Below are positions 18,765 through 27,357 of a stretch of 36,997 bases of DNA, one piece after another. The notes below the pieces were generated by a model, which was not told the DNA's origin, made no database searches, and worked only from the letters and a program-made list of their open reading frames with translations. The position numbers and the translations under genes are program-made. The first letter of the stretch is position 1; each line of letters opens with the position of its first letter. Source of the stretch: a virus (Duplodnaviria > Caudoviricetes); IMG/VR virus record IMGVR_UViG_3300002989_000008, positions 1 through 36,997 of that record; one strand, 5' to 3'.

Positions 18765-19160
18765 ATGAAAGTTTCAAAATATAAAATTGTTTATGAAGAA
18801 TTCACTAGTAAACTCAGTGATATAAACCGCAATATTGCATTCGCTGCTATTGCCATAATTTGGATTTTTAAACAGACTACTAATGGAGGTGCAGTTATTG
18901 TTCCAAAAGATCTGTTTTTCCCAACTATATTAATAGTTCTCGCTTTAGGGTTTGATCTTCTGCAATATATTTACCAGTCGATTGCATGGACAATTTTTTT
19001 TCATTATTATGAATTCAAAGGTATTAAAAAGAAGGATGCATCATATTTCATGCTAGTTCCATCATGGATTTTATTCATTATCAAGGTTGGTTTTGTTGTT
19101 TGGGCATATTATTATATTTTCTCGTATTTATACAAGACGCTGTTTTGCAGTGCTATATAG
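18765..19160 (+). CDS. Small membrane protein with ~3 TM helices (moron)
   Basis: Hydrophobic runs IAFAAIAIIWIF, LFFPTILIVLALGF and WILFIIKVGFVVWAYYYIF; AT-rich; opposite strand to the phage operons. Confidence 0.8.
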   Translation: MKVSKYKIVYEEFTSKLSDINRNIAFAAIAIIWIFKQTTNGGAVIVPKDLFFPTILIVLALGFDLLQYIYQSIAWTIFFHYYEFKGIKKKDASYFMLVPSWILFIIKVGFVVWAYYYIFSYLYKTLFCSAI

Positions 19161-19211
19161 CTAATTATCTTATTTCAAAACAGGTTAGACTAACTTTAAG
19201 TCAATGTTCGA

Positions 19212-20837
19212 TTAAATCCAAGAACTACCCAACCCACCACCAACACTGCCCTTAACAGGATACAGCATCATGCCTATCATTAGGGTATCAAAGGCATCAG
19301 TACCATCAGTGCGATGTTCCAACAGACTTTCCTCTGTCTCCTTGTTCTTCTCTTCAGACTTATCCTTCTGAAAGCCGTGTGATCCAATGCGTACACCTGC
19401 ATGTTGTAACCCTAATACCAGTGCTTCATTATTTGGCTGATTGATCTGAGGCATCAGGTACTTCTGTCCTTTGAATGCCTGGTCAAAGATCAGGTACTTT
19501 TCATTGTGGCGTAATGGGTTGCCTATGTGCTGCCTGTTCACTGTCCATCTGTTCTTCTCGAATTGTGAGCAGATAACAGATGCAAAATCCTCATCACTTA
19601 CGGCATAGTTACTGCCCAGGGCTGTATTGTCATAGTAATAGACAACCTCTTTGGAATGATGAAAACGGTAGTATTTGCAGAAGTCATCAACAACCTCACG
19701 CAATTTACGCTCATACTTCACATAGAATGATTTGATTACTTTAACCTTGGACCATGATGGCTGTCCGCATACGAGCCAATTGATATCAGAGTTATAATCG
19801 AATGCAACCCTGATTGGATCATCCAGGTCTAAGTCTCCGTCCTGCCGGCAGTCGGGATCTTTGATCTTTTCTAAATCATAATCAAGGTTGAGAAGGTATG
19901 AATTATCGTAAGCTGAATACATATGCCTGGTCTCTGATAATGCAGGATAAAACCCATCCTTCAGCTTCCCCGGGCGAATGCAAAGAATAGATGTTTGAAA
20001 TACGAGGGGTGGGAGATCCCGCTTCATTTGCTGGATATATTTCTTTCCTAACAGTTCAATATTTTCAATTGATGACCATTCACGGTAATAAACAGCAATG
20101 CTGCGGAACTGCGCGAGCTTCAGCTGATATTCCCGGATCATTCGAACCGTGTAGGTATTTTGTATTTGTGATTTTAGCCTGAAAATCTCTTTTACCAGGG
20201 ATTGAATCATATTGATTAACTCAGGGTCCATCTTATCAGCATAGTTCAGGAACCATGATCCTTTCTTGGTAGTTGGCATGTCTGAGATGAAAAGCATTGA
20301 GTTTAGCCAGGGGCAATTTGCCCATGATCCTTTAAATCCACCATTTGCCGGAAAAGTCTCATCTTTCAATTTATCGAAATTCAGGAACTTTGCTTCATCA
20401 CCCATTACGTACTGAAGCGTGAGTGAGTTGGATGATCCGGGAATATCCTGGGAAATCAAATATTGAACAGATCCGTTATACCAACTTATAACATGATCAA
20501 AGGAAACCGGTTCCCGGACAGGTTTCTTAAATCCTGCAGTTATAGGCGGTTTCCTTCCCACAAAATAATGGACATTACGGTAAAATCCCATATCTTCAAG
20601 AGCAGTTAATGTTCCCGGGAGCGTCCGGGTAAGGATCTGCTGGAAAGTTGAACCGACAATAGCTCCTGCAGCACGTGGCATATATTGCACATTTCTTAAA
20701 AGCCAGGGAGCTGCTAGGCCGTGAGTTTTCCCAAACCGGCGACCGGCTACTACAACACTGGTGTGAGCTGCTGTATAACGAAACTCCAGTTGCGGATCCG
20801 AAAAATAGATCTTCTTTTTATCAATCGTTTCGCTCAT
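19212..20837 (-). CDS. terL: Terminase large subunit
   Basis: Walker A AGRRFGKT; Walker B VMGDEA; nuclease-domain acidic motifs AFDYN and TDGTDAFD. Confidence 0.9.
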   Translation of the reverse strand: MSETIDKKKIYFSDPQLEFRYTAAHTSVVVAGRRFGKTHGLAAPWLLRNVQYMPRAAGAIVGSTFQQILTRTLPGTLTALEDMGFYRNVHYFVGRKPPITAGFKKPVREPVSFDHVISWYNGSVQYLISQDIPGSSNSLTLQYVMGDEAKFLNFDKLKDETFPANGGFKGSWANCPWLNSMLFISDMPTTKKGSWFLNYADKMDPELINMIQSLVKEIFRLKSQIQNTYTVRMIREYQLKLAQFRSIAVYYREWSSIENIELLGKKYIQQMKRDLPPLVFQTSILCIRPGKLKDGFYPALSETRHMYSAYDNSYLLNLDYDLEKIKDPDCRQDGDLDLDDPIRVAFDYNSDINWLVCGQPSWSKVKVIKSFYVKYERKLREVVDDFCKYYRFHHSKEVVYYYDNTALGSNYAVSDEDFASVICSQFEKNRWTVNRQHIGNPLRHNEKYLIFDQAFKGQKYLMPQINQPNNEALVLGLQHAGVRIGSHGFQKDKSEEKNKETEESLLEHRTDGTDAFDTLMIGMMLYPVKGSVGGGLGSSWI

Positions 20838-21402
20838 TCTCTACCTCCTCATAGCCAATATCTTCAATGTCAATTTCGCCTTTGTATTTTTCGTACATCT
20901 TTCGGATTTCCTCTTCTTTATTGGCAAGCGGTTTCACCTTTAGTACCGTCACGTCATTGGTTGGCTCAATCGGGATCGGAAGAATATCCTCCCAGGGATA
21001 TTCCATTGCGTCATCTTTATCGAGTTTATTGTATTTGCCTAAAACATTAGTTGCAAGAATTACCTCTTTCCACTTTTTTTTTGTCCTGCAGGCTTCAATG
21101 GCTTCCTTGAGTGTTTCATTCACCAGGTACCTGACCCACTCTTTTCCGGCATTGCGCACATTACCGAGCAGGATCCTGATATTTGCAATATCGTAATAGG
21201 CTTGAGTTTGTGATATACCATATTCATTCATCAGGTAATCACGCAGCTTTGTATCCGTGATGGATGGATTTTCGAGCGATTGAGCATAGGCAGCACGATA
21301 ACGCTTCAGCTGTTCGCGTTCAATCAGCGTAAGATGCTGTTGTTCATCAAAATCTTTGAACAGCACATCATGAAACTTATCGAGATTCGCCTTCCTACTC
21401 AT
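20821..21402 (-). CDS. Hypothetical protein, terminase small subunit candidate
   Basis: Directly upstream of terL; HTH-like YGISQTQAYYDI. Confidence 0.5.
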   Translation of the reverse strand: MSRKANLDKFHDVLFKDFDEQQHLTLIEREQLKRYRAAYAQSLENPSITDTKLRDYLMNEYGISQTQAYYDIANIRILLGNVRNAGKEWVRYLVNETLKEAIEACRTKKKWKEVILATNVLGKYNKLDKDDAMEYPWEDILPIPIEPTNDVTVLKVKPLANKEEEIRKMYEKYKGEIDIEDIGYEEVENERND

Positions 21403-21664
21403 TTTCTTCCTGTTTTTCGATGTAATCCTTTACAAATGCTTCAGCCTGCGGACTCCCTTTTTTTGCGAATTCTACAGTGAGCCGTCTGATCTCGACCATT
21501 GTTTTCAGTTTACCCCGGTGATATGCTTTGGCAAGATCGCTTTTGCCATAACGGACTTCACGCCGAAAATCCGAGGGGCTCAATTCGAGCATTAATGATA
21601 TTTCGTCCACTGTGAAAAACAGTGACGCATACTCTTCAACCTTCTCCAATAGTTCTTTATCCAT
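21395..21664 (-). CDS. Small HTH-like protein in the packaging cluster (likely start MDKELLEK)
   Basis: TVDEISLMLELS...AYHRGK...AKKGSPQA pattern resembles terminase-small-like proteins. Confidence 0.5.
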   Translation of the reverse strand: MDKELLEKVEEYASLFFTVDEISLMLELSPSDFRREVRYGKSDLAKAYHRGKLKTMVEIRRLTVEFAKKGSPQAEAFVKDYIEKQEENE

Positions 21665-22124
21665 TCCACTTAACACTATCGTTTTTCATCTGATTATATT
21701 GTTCCCTGAAGTAACTGATCACTTCCCTGGAACGAATTACCAGTCCACATTCATACCGGTGATTATTGGTTGCATTGTTTGATATTACCGCCAGGTACTC
21801 TTTCCCGTTTCCTGAAGTATAAATCGTTTTACTGTGATTATTCGTCAGGTAAAGCTCATCAACATTTTTAGCTGCAAACATGGTCATTCGCGGATTACGG
21901 CTGGCAATGGTGAAGTCTAGGTATAATGTCAGGTGATCAATCCGGTGCCGGTTTCGGATGATCCTGCGAACCAGAGCCTCTGAAATAGCAAAAGAGCTGA
22001 TAACCATTTTATCAGCTCTTTTGCAGTCATCCAACATAAAATCAAATACATCCTGAAATTGAATTTGATTTGATAAGAACGGGGCAATGCCGTTAACCCA
22101 ATTCAGTTTCGTCGATGACGCCAT
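21657..22124 (-). CDS. Phospholipase D-like (HxK) nuclease-fold protein (likely start MASSTKLNW)
   Basis: ISSFAISE, LYLDF and NHSKTI...SNNATNNHRYE: single variant HKD-like motif. Confidence 0.65.
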   Translation of the reverse strand: MASSTKLNWVNGIAPFLSNQIQFQDVFDFMLDDCKRADKMVISSFAISEALVRRIIRNRHRIDHLTLYLDFTIASRNPRMTMFAAKNVDELYLTNNHSKTIYTSGNGKEYLAVISNNATNNHRYECGLVIRSREVISYFREQYNQMKNDSVKWNG

Positions 22125-22869
22125 GTTTGGCCAGTTTAACCAGCGTTTCAAGACTGATATCCGCTTTCTTCGACCGCAGGAACGTTACCCTGGTGCGAAG
22201 ATCGAGCTTCATCTTTTCGTGCTTCTCATCTTTCAATGTTTCCATCCTAGAGATATTGCGCGATAGGTAGGTCCTGGCAGCGTTGATTTGTTTATACTCT
22301 TCCTGCTCTCCGGTTGCAGCGACTAAATCATCAGCCGTTATTTTCCCTGCAGCCCAGTCATCAATGATCTTCCAGTTGCCGGAGATACCATCATCAAGTG
22401 TATCGATGATCTTTCGTTTTTCTGCCCGTTCCTCGTCAGTTGACGCGAGCTTCATTTGTTCGTGGAGCGTGCGCATGTTTTTGTAACTGGCTGTATTTTC
22501 ATCATACAGCTTTTTGAGCTCTTCCGGAAGATCATCATACTGAACTTTTCCATCCTTGATGATTCTTACCTTCTGCTCTGCATTGTCAATTACATTACCG
22601 GCATCGGTAATTCCGTTTGCTTTCTCTCCGGATGATTTAACCATCTTCAGTACCGGACCAATGGGCATAACAGGAGCATCCTTCAGTGTGGGACGGTCGC
22701 TGATTTTTTGAAGCTCATACGTAAGCTTCAATAAATCGTGTTTCCGTGCCAGGTACAACGCAAGTGCCCGGTTGTGCGAGAACCGGACAAACAAGACATA
22801 ACCGGCTTCAAAATCCTTCTTTTCAGACTCCAGCCAATCTTTTATTTCTTCATGTGGTGTCATAATCAC
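22093..22869 (-). CDS. Hypothetical protein (258 aa)
   Basis: Long helical ORF between the tail tube and PLD-like genes. Confidence 0.75.
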   Translation of the reverse strand: MIMTPHEEIKDWLESEKKDFEAGYVLFVRFSHNRALALYLARKHDLLKLTYELQKISDRPTLKDAPVMPIGPVLKMVKSSGEKANGITDAGNVIDNAEQKVRIIKDGKVQYDDLPEELKKLYDENTASYKNMRTLHEQMKLASTDEERAEKRKIIDTLDDGISGNWKIIDDWAAGKITADDLVAATGEQEEYKQINAARTYLSRNISRMETLKDEKHEKMKLDLRTRVTFLRSKKADISLETLVKLAKHGVIDETELG

Positions 22870-22875
22870 AGTTTT

Positions 22876-22912
22876 AAAAACAAAACCGGAGCGTTGGCCC
22901 CGGCTTTGTTTT
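22876..22912 (-). terminator. Intrinsic terminator after the capsid/tail-tube genes
   Basis: Minus strand AAAACAAAGCCGGGGC-CAAC-GCTCCGGTTTTGTTTTT. Confidence 0.7.
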
Positions 22913-22925
22913 ATTCGTTAATAGA

Positions 22926-23504
22926 TTACGGGATGGGGGTAAATACGCCGGTTTCGCAATCAAGCGACCCTGTTGCTGTTACCAAAGCTCCTGTATAATT
23001 TGGGAGCGGTGTAGTTGCCGGGGCTGTTACCTCGATGGTAATTCCTTTTGCAGAACCAGGAGCATCACCTGAATCACCTTTGATCGTAACTTCAAGGTCG
23101 TAGTTCTCGTCGCCAAGCACGATGAAACGTTTTTCGGTTTCGTGAGGAAGCGGAACAACAAAAATCACATTCGAGTTGATAGCAGATTTCGCCAGGCTTT
23201 TGGCCTCGTTACTGATATCAGGAAATTTGAACGTTCCTTTATTGTTGAACATTTTACAATCCTTTTCGCCAATTGGTTCAAAATCTACTTTCCCCTTTCC
23301 CTGGGTCGTGTAAAGCTCGTTCCACATTTTACCAACTACCAGTTCAAAATCACCTGCTAACGTTACGTTAGCAAGAGCTGTGGCAGGAGCAGGAGCAACG
23401 GCAGGCCATGTTTTAATGAAGCTCTTGTCAATAAAATAGACCTTGGTTTTAATGCCGGACGGGTTTACTTTCCCGGCCGGCCATGTCAGATTTTCAAAAA
23501 TCAT
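22926..23504 (-). CDS. Putative major tail tube protein
   Basis: 192 aa, beta-rich; NPSGIKTKVYF, FIVLGDENY and KGITIEV motifs; follows the capsid gene. Confidence 0.6.
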   Translation of the reverse strand: MIFENLTWPAGKVNPSGIKTKVYFIDKSFIKTWPAVAPAPATALANVTLAGDFELVVGKMWNELYTTQGKGKVDFEPIGEKDCKMFNNKGTFKFPDISNEAKSLAKSAINSNVIFVVPLPHETEKRFIVLGDENYDLEVTIKGDSGDAPGSAKGITIEVTAPATTPLPNYTGALVTATGSLDCETGVFTPIP

Positions 23505-23514
23505 ATTCCAGATA

Positions 23515-24462
23515 TTAAACTGAGTATTTCATTACTTTCATAAACCTCTTGTCAAGAGTATCGAAACCAACACCATAGAAGGCCATCATAAAGAACTGAA
23601 CCATTTTTGGGTTGTCGCATTCGCGGATTTTCACATCCTCCTTGTCGCTGTCCTGGTCGCATCCTACAAGCATATTGCCTGGAAGTGTAAAGATTAACTT
23701 ATCAGTACCCTCCATATTGTCAAGAGGAACAAAGTTGCATCTCTTGTCAGAGCCAATCAATGTGCGCTGTGTAAAATCAGCAGCCCATGGAGCATGTCCA
23801 TACTCGTTAAAAAAACAATCCTCATACATTTCAAGAACTGAATAAGGCAGATAAAGATTTGGGCGTTGTTTTTTCAGTAATGGATTTAAACCACGCCATG
23901 TATCCTTTAATACGTCACATACGTTGATGGAGGTAATGGCAGTAGCCGATACATCGACATAGTTACCTTTTCCAGTAGCAAGTTCTCCAGCTGTGATTTT
24001 AGCAGCCATCTGAGTTGCCCAACCGTTGAACAGATCAGCAGAAGTAGTACCGACAGCATTACGTACTGCAGTGAAAGATGCATCGTACAATGCTTCACCA
24101 ACTTTCTTTGCCATCTCAAGGGCTACAAGCTTTGCGATTTCGCGCTCAGTAGGTTTTTTGTTGGTCTTTTCGGTGTAGAGCGTACCAAGGATTGCGTTCG
24201 GGTCGAACTCTTTAACCACATCGCCCAGGAATGTTGACCATTCATATGGAATAATGGTAGTGTTGTCCGTCGCATCTTTGGCAGTGCGATAAGGTCTGAG
24301 CTGAGCATCGGTGTCTAATGTTCCACCGACTACTGTGCCCTGAATTCCTGTCCTAAGCGTCATGTATTGAAGCATGTCGCTTAATACAGCTACCGGCATA
24401 GTAAGAAGTTCCTTCTTATACTGTTTGCCGGCGTCGATTAATGCTTGATTGATATTTATCAT
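23515..24462 (-). CDS. Major capsid protein
   Basis: 315 aa directly after the S49 protease; DLFNGW motif; C-terminal FFMMAFYGVGF strand. Confidence 0.75.
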   Translation of the reverse strand: MININQALIDAGKQYKKELLTMPVAVLSDMLQYMTLRTGIQGTVVGGTLDTDAQLRPYRTAKDATDNTTIIPYEWSTFLGDVVKEFDPNAILGTLYTEKTNKKPTEREIAKLVALEMAKKVGEALYDASFTAVRNAVGTTSADLFNGWATQMAAKITAGELATGKGNYVDVSATAITSINVCDVLKDTWRGLNPLLKKQRPNLYLPYSVLEMYEDCFFNEYGHAPWAADFTQRTLIGSDKRCNFVPLDNMEGTDKLIFTLPGNMLVGCDQDSDKEDVKIRECDNPKMVQFFMMAFYGVGFDTLDKRFMKVMKYSV

Positions 24463-24475
24463 TGCTCAAAAAAAA

Positions 24476-25660
24476 TTAAGATTTCTTTAAATATTCCTGG
24501 CAAGCGCCTAAACGATCCCAGAAGGTTGTTTCACCAGATGCGCCTTTATCGGTATCCACAATTACAATTGCAGTTCCGGCACCGGCAGCGCCTTCGAGTT
24601 CAGCCACGCGGGCTTCGAGTTCCTGAACACGGCCAGTTGCCGTTCCAAGTTCGGTCGTGCGCTCAGCAAGATGGTTCCGCTCTGCCTCTGCACTCTCAAG
24701 TGCAGTCTCAACAGCCTGTGCCATCTGATCAGTGAGTGCGATGGTGCCGTCAGCGCTTTCAAACGCCTCGACACCGGCTACTGTAGCAAGTCTTTTGTAA
24801 CTCATATTTAAAATTTTGGGGGTATTTACTGAAGAGGAAGGAGATGAAGCCAGTGAAGCTGCACGCTGAACGGCAAAATCGAGGTTTCCGATTGAATCGA
24901 CAAACGATCCGATTGCATCCTGGGCAAAGTAAACCTTGCCGGTGCAATGAGCATCGGTTATTCCCGGACGGTTGCCCTGGACAGTTGCAATAAACTTTTG
25001 TGCAAGCGGACCAAGTACGGTGTTTTTGTACTCCTCGTAATTACCGGCACGAAGATCTTCAAAGGTTTTGGTTTTGTCGGTTGACTGGGGAGCTGTGACA
25101 GTATGAAATTTCACACCCTTTGCTTCCCACATGGGCTGTGCATCGGCAAACGACATTAATACACCGATACTGCCAAGCTGTGCCGTTGAATTATTTGCAA
25201 TTACCTCGTTACAGCAACTTGCCAGCCAGTAAGCAGCTGAGCAGGCCATGTCTTCAACATATGCAATAATTGGTTTTGAGGTTCCTTTGATGATGTTGGC
25301 CAGTTCCTCTGTTCCGGATACTGTTCCACCTGGAGAATCGAGGCACAAAACTATTGCATCAATATCAGGGTTTGAATCGGCGCTCTGGATCCATCTACCT
25401 ACAGTTGCCATTCCAACCGGTCCGCAACTCTGATCATATTTGGTGAGACTTCCCTGAATGGGAATAATACGAACAGTTTTGGTGGTACCCGATTTCGGAT
25501 CGGCGTAAGCTGATGCCGAGGGCTGCATTGGTTCAGATGCTTCAAATGCCATATTCGGAGTGAACAGGCCGGCAATTAGCGGGCTCATCGTGTCGATGGC
25601 CAGGCTGTCGATTGCCCAGGGCTCGGAAAGAATAGATTTTATGAGCTGATAATTCAACAT
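24476..25660 (-). CDS. S49 (SppA-like) prohead protease with C-terminal scaffold-like coiled coil (likely start MLNYQLIK)
   Basis: LDSPGG, MACSAAYWLAS and GSIGV motifs. Confidence 0.9.
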   Translation of the reverse strand: MLNYQLIKSILSEPWAIDSLAIDTMSPLIAGLFTPNMAFEASEPMQPSASAYADPKSGTTKTVRIIPIQGSLTKYDQSCGPVGMATVGRWIQSADSNPDIDAIVLCLDSPGGTVSGTEELANIIKGTSKPIIAYVEDMACSAAYWLASCCNEVIANNSTAQLGSIGVLMSFADAQPMWEAKGVKFHTVTAPQSTDKTKTFEDLRAGNYEEYKNTVLGPLAQKFIATVQGNRPGITDAHCTGKVYFAQDAIGSFVDSIGNLDFAVQRAASLASSPSSSVNTPKILNMSYKRLATVAGVEAFESADGTIALTDQMAQAVETALESAEAERNHLAERTTELGTATGRVQELEARVAELEGAAGAGTAIVIVDTDKGASGETTFWDRLGACQEYLKKS

Positions 25661-25677
25661 CTGAGTATCATTTTTTA

Positions 25678-25712
25678 CAATGTTACTCTGGTGAATTACC
25701 AATTTAAAGGAC
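25678..25712 (-). promoter_or_regulatory. Candidate phage late promoter GTCCTTTAA-N18-TAACATTG for the head operon
   Basis: Third copy of the motif. Confidence 0.65.
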
Positions 25713-25720
25713 TTTTAATT

Positions 25721-26098
25721 TCAGGATATTAATGGATTCCCTTTAAATTTCAATGTAATTACCGCTTCATAACCGTTAAAGCCACCTGCTTTTCCGTCAA
25801 CGGTCCGGTTATACAATAACAGTGCTCCCCGTTTGGATGATCCAATCTTGTAAACTGATCCATTTGCATCGGTTGCCTGGTATATGGCACGTCGTTGTGA
25901 GAGCGATAACATCAACCGGTCTTTTTCAGCATCACATTTAGGGATCCGGAACTGAAGTGCAGCAGTATGAAGTACTCCGGCAAAGGATTTACTTGTTTGC
26001 TCTGTCAGACTTGCCGAAAATCCGGTATAGTCAATCGGCGTGAATAGTTCAACATTTGGAAAACGGAATTCTATTTTTATGATTACTGCGCTGTTCAT
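25721..26098 (-). CDS. Hypothetical protein (125 aa)
   Basis: ORF in operon context. Confidence 0.7.
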   Translation of the reverse strand: MNSAVIIKIEFRFPNVELFTPIDYTGFSASLTEQTSKSFAGVLHTAALQFRIPKCDAEKDRLMLSLSQRRAIYQATDANGSVYKIGSSKRGALLLYNRTVDGKAGGFNGYEAVITLKFKGNPLIS

Positions 26099-26174
26099 TT
26101 TCTATCGGTTTTTCGATGATTATTGTTAACAATCTTGCAAAAAGTATCGGAACATTTATTTTGTATGTAATATA

Positions 26175-26690
26175 TTATTGGTATTCAAATATTTGACACT
26201 CTTTAAGGAGATCATTGAACCGTGTTTCTTCCACTTTACGCCGATATCGGTAGTCGATTTTCTTAATCATGTCGAAATTTGCGGAATTGTTCCGGTCATT
26301 CAGGCCACGGAGAATCGCTTCGATGATTACCTTCTGCTGGTAGCCTTTTTCGTATCCTCTGTCAAAGCAGTTTTTAATCCAGTGTCTAAATTCGTATTCA
26401 ATGCCTTCCGTGATCTTCTGTTCTCCCCATCTGGAGACATGCAAAAAATGATACCGCAATGCAGTTTCATTAATATTATCCAGTGCCAAAATAAAGGTAA
26501 TTGAATCGGCTTCGAAAGGCCGGACCATTGATCTGTCAAAGGCGATCACATTTGAGTGTATCAATTTTGCGATGTCGTGGTTTCGACGAAGGCGGATCTC
26601 TTTCTCATTGGGATCCGAATTAAAAACAAACCGGCAATAGGATTGCAGCAGCGGAGAAAGCGAGATGGTAATTGACGGACGTGTATTCAT
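26175..26690 (-). CDS. Hypothetical protein, candidate late-gene regulator (likely start MNTRPSIT)
   Basis: Lies between origin and late genes; basic C-terminal helix FDMIKKIDYRYRRK. Confidence 0.55.
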   Translation of the reverse strand: MNTRPSITISLSPLLQSYCRFVFNSDPNEKEIRLRRNHDIAKLIHSNVIAFDRSMVRPFEADSITFILALDNINETALRYHFLHVSRWGEQKITEGIEYEFRHWIKNCFDRGYEKGYQQKVIIEAILRGLNDRNNSANFDMIKKIDYRYRRKVEETRFNDLLKECQIFEYQ

Positions 26691-26861
26691 AGGAGTATAG
26701 GGTTTCACGGTTGATGAAAACCCTGTTTGTGGTGGGAACATGCGAAGATATGAAATTTTGCTTAAATAACAATAAAATAATATTTGTCTGGTGTTTTAGG
26801 ATTATGAAAAATTGATACTGAAAAAACATACCCCATAGATTTTATCAAAAAATGGCTAAAA

Positions 26862-27142
26862 TTTGTAACCGGCCCTGTTTTGCCCTTGCAACATTTTGAT
26901 ATACAGTGGTTACAAAGTTACAACTTGTTTTAGGGGTGTTTTGTAACCTATTGAAAAACAGTTGATTCAAGGGGGTGCAAAAACAGTGAAATTTGTAACC
27001 GGAGCGGAAATCAGAAAAAACCGGAGGTGCTCTCCGGTTACAAATTCAAAAAGTTACAGTTTTTTTTTGAAGTTGTAACCAAGTTGTAACCCTGTAATTA
27101 TTTGATTCTTCGTATATTATAAATAAAGTTACAGGTTACAAA
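26862..27142. repeat. Cluster of ~11 TGTAAC/GTTACA motifs in both orientations: candidate replication origin
   Basis: Copies near 26862, 26908, 26917, 26940, 26992, 27036, 27053, 27073, 27084, 27128 and 27134, in non-coding DNA downstream of the primase-helicase. Confidence 0.75.
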
Positions 27143-27290
27143 TATATATTGAAAATTTGGGGTTTAAGGGGGAAGGGCGACCCACCCAAACCAACTACTT
27201 TTCTAGTCCAAGTCTGCTACGCTACATAATACCTGCTTGCACACGCAGTGATCATTCACGCGGTGTACCGGCTATGGCCGGCACGAATTA

Positions 27291-27320
27291 AAACAGCCTG
27301 ACCCTTGCGGGATCAGGCTG
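27291..27320 (-). terminator. Intrinsic terminator after the primase-helicase
   Basis: Minus strand CAGCCTGATCCC-GCAA-GGGTCAGGCTG-TTTT. Confidence 0.7.
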
Positions 27321-27357
27321 GCTACATGATCGGATTGAATAGTGTTGGGTTAGTGAT

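Noticed and set aside
26862-27142. TGTAAC repeats as a CRISPR array
   Set aside because: Motifs are only 6-10 nt, in both orientations and irregularly spaced; no cas genes
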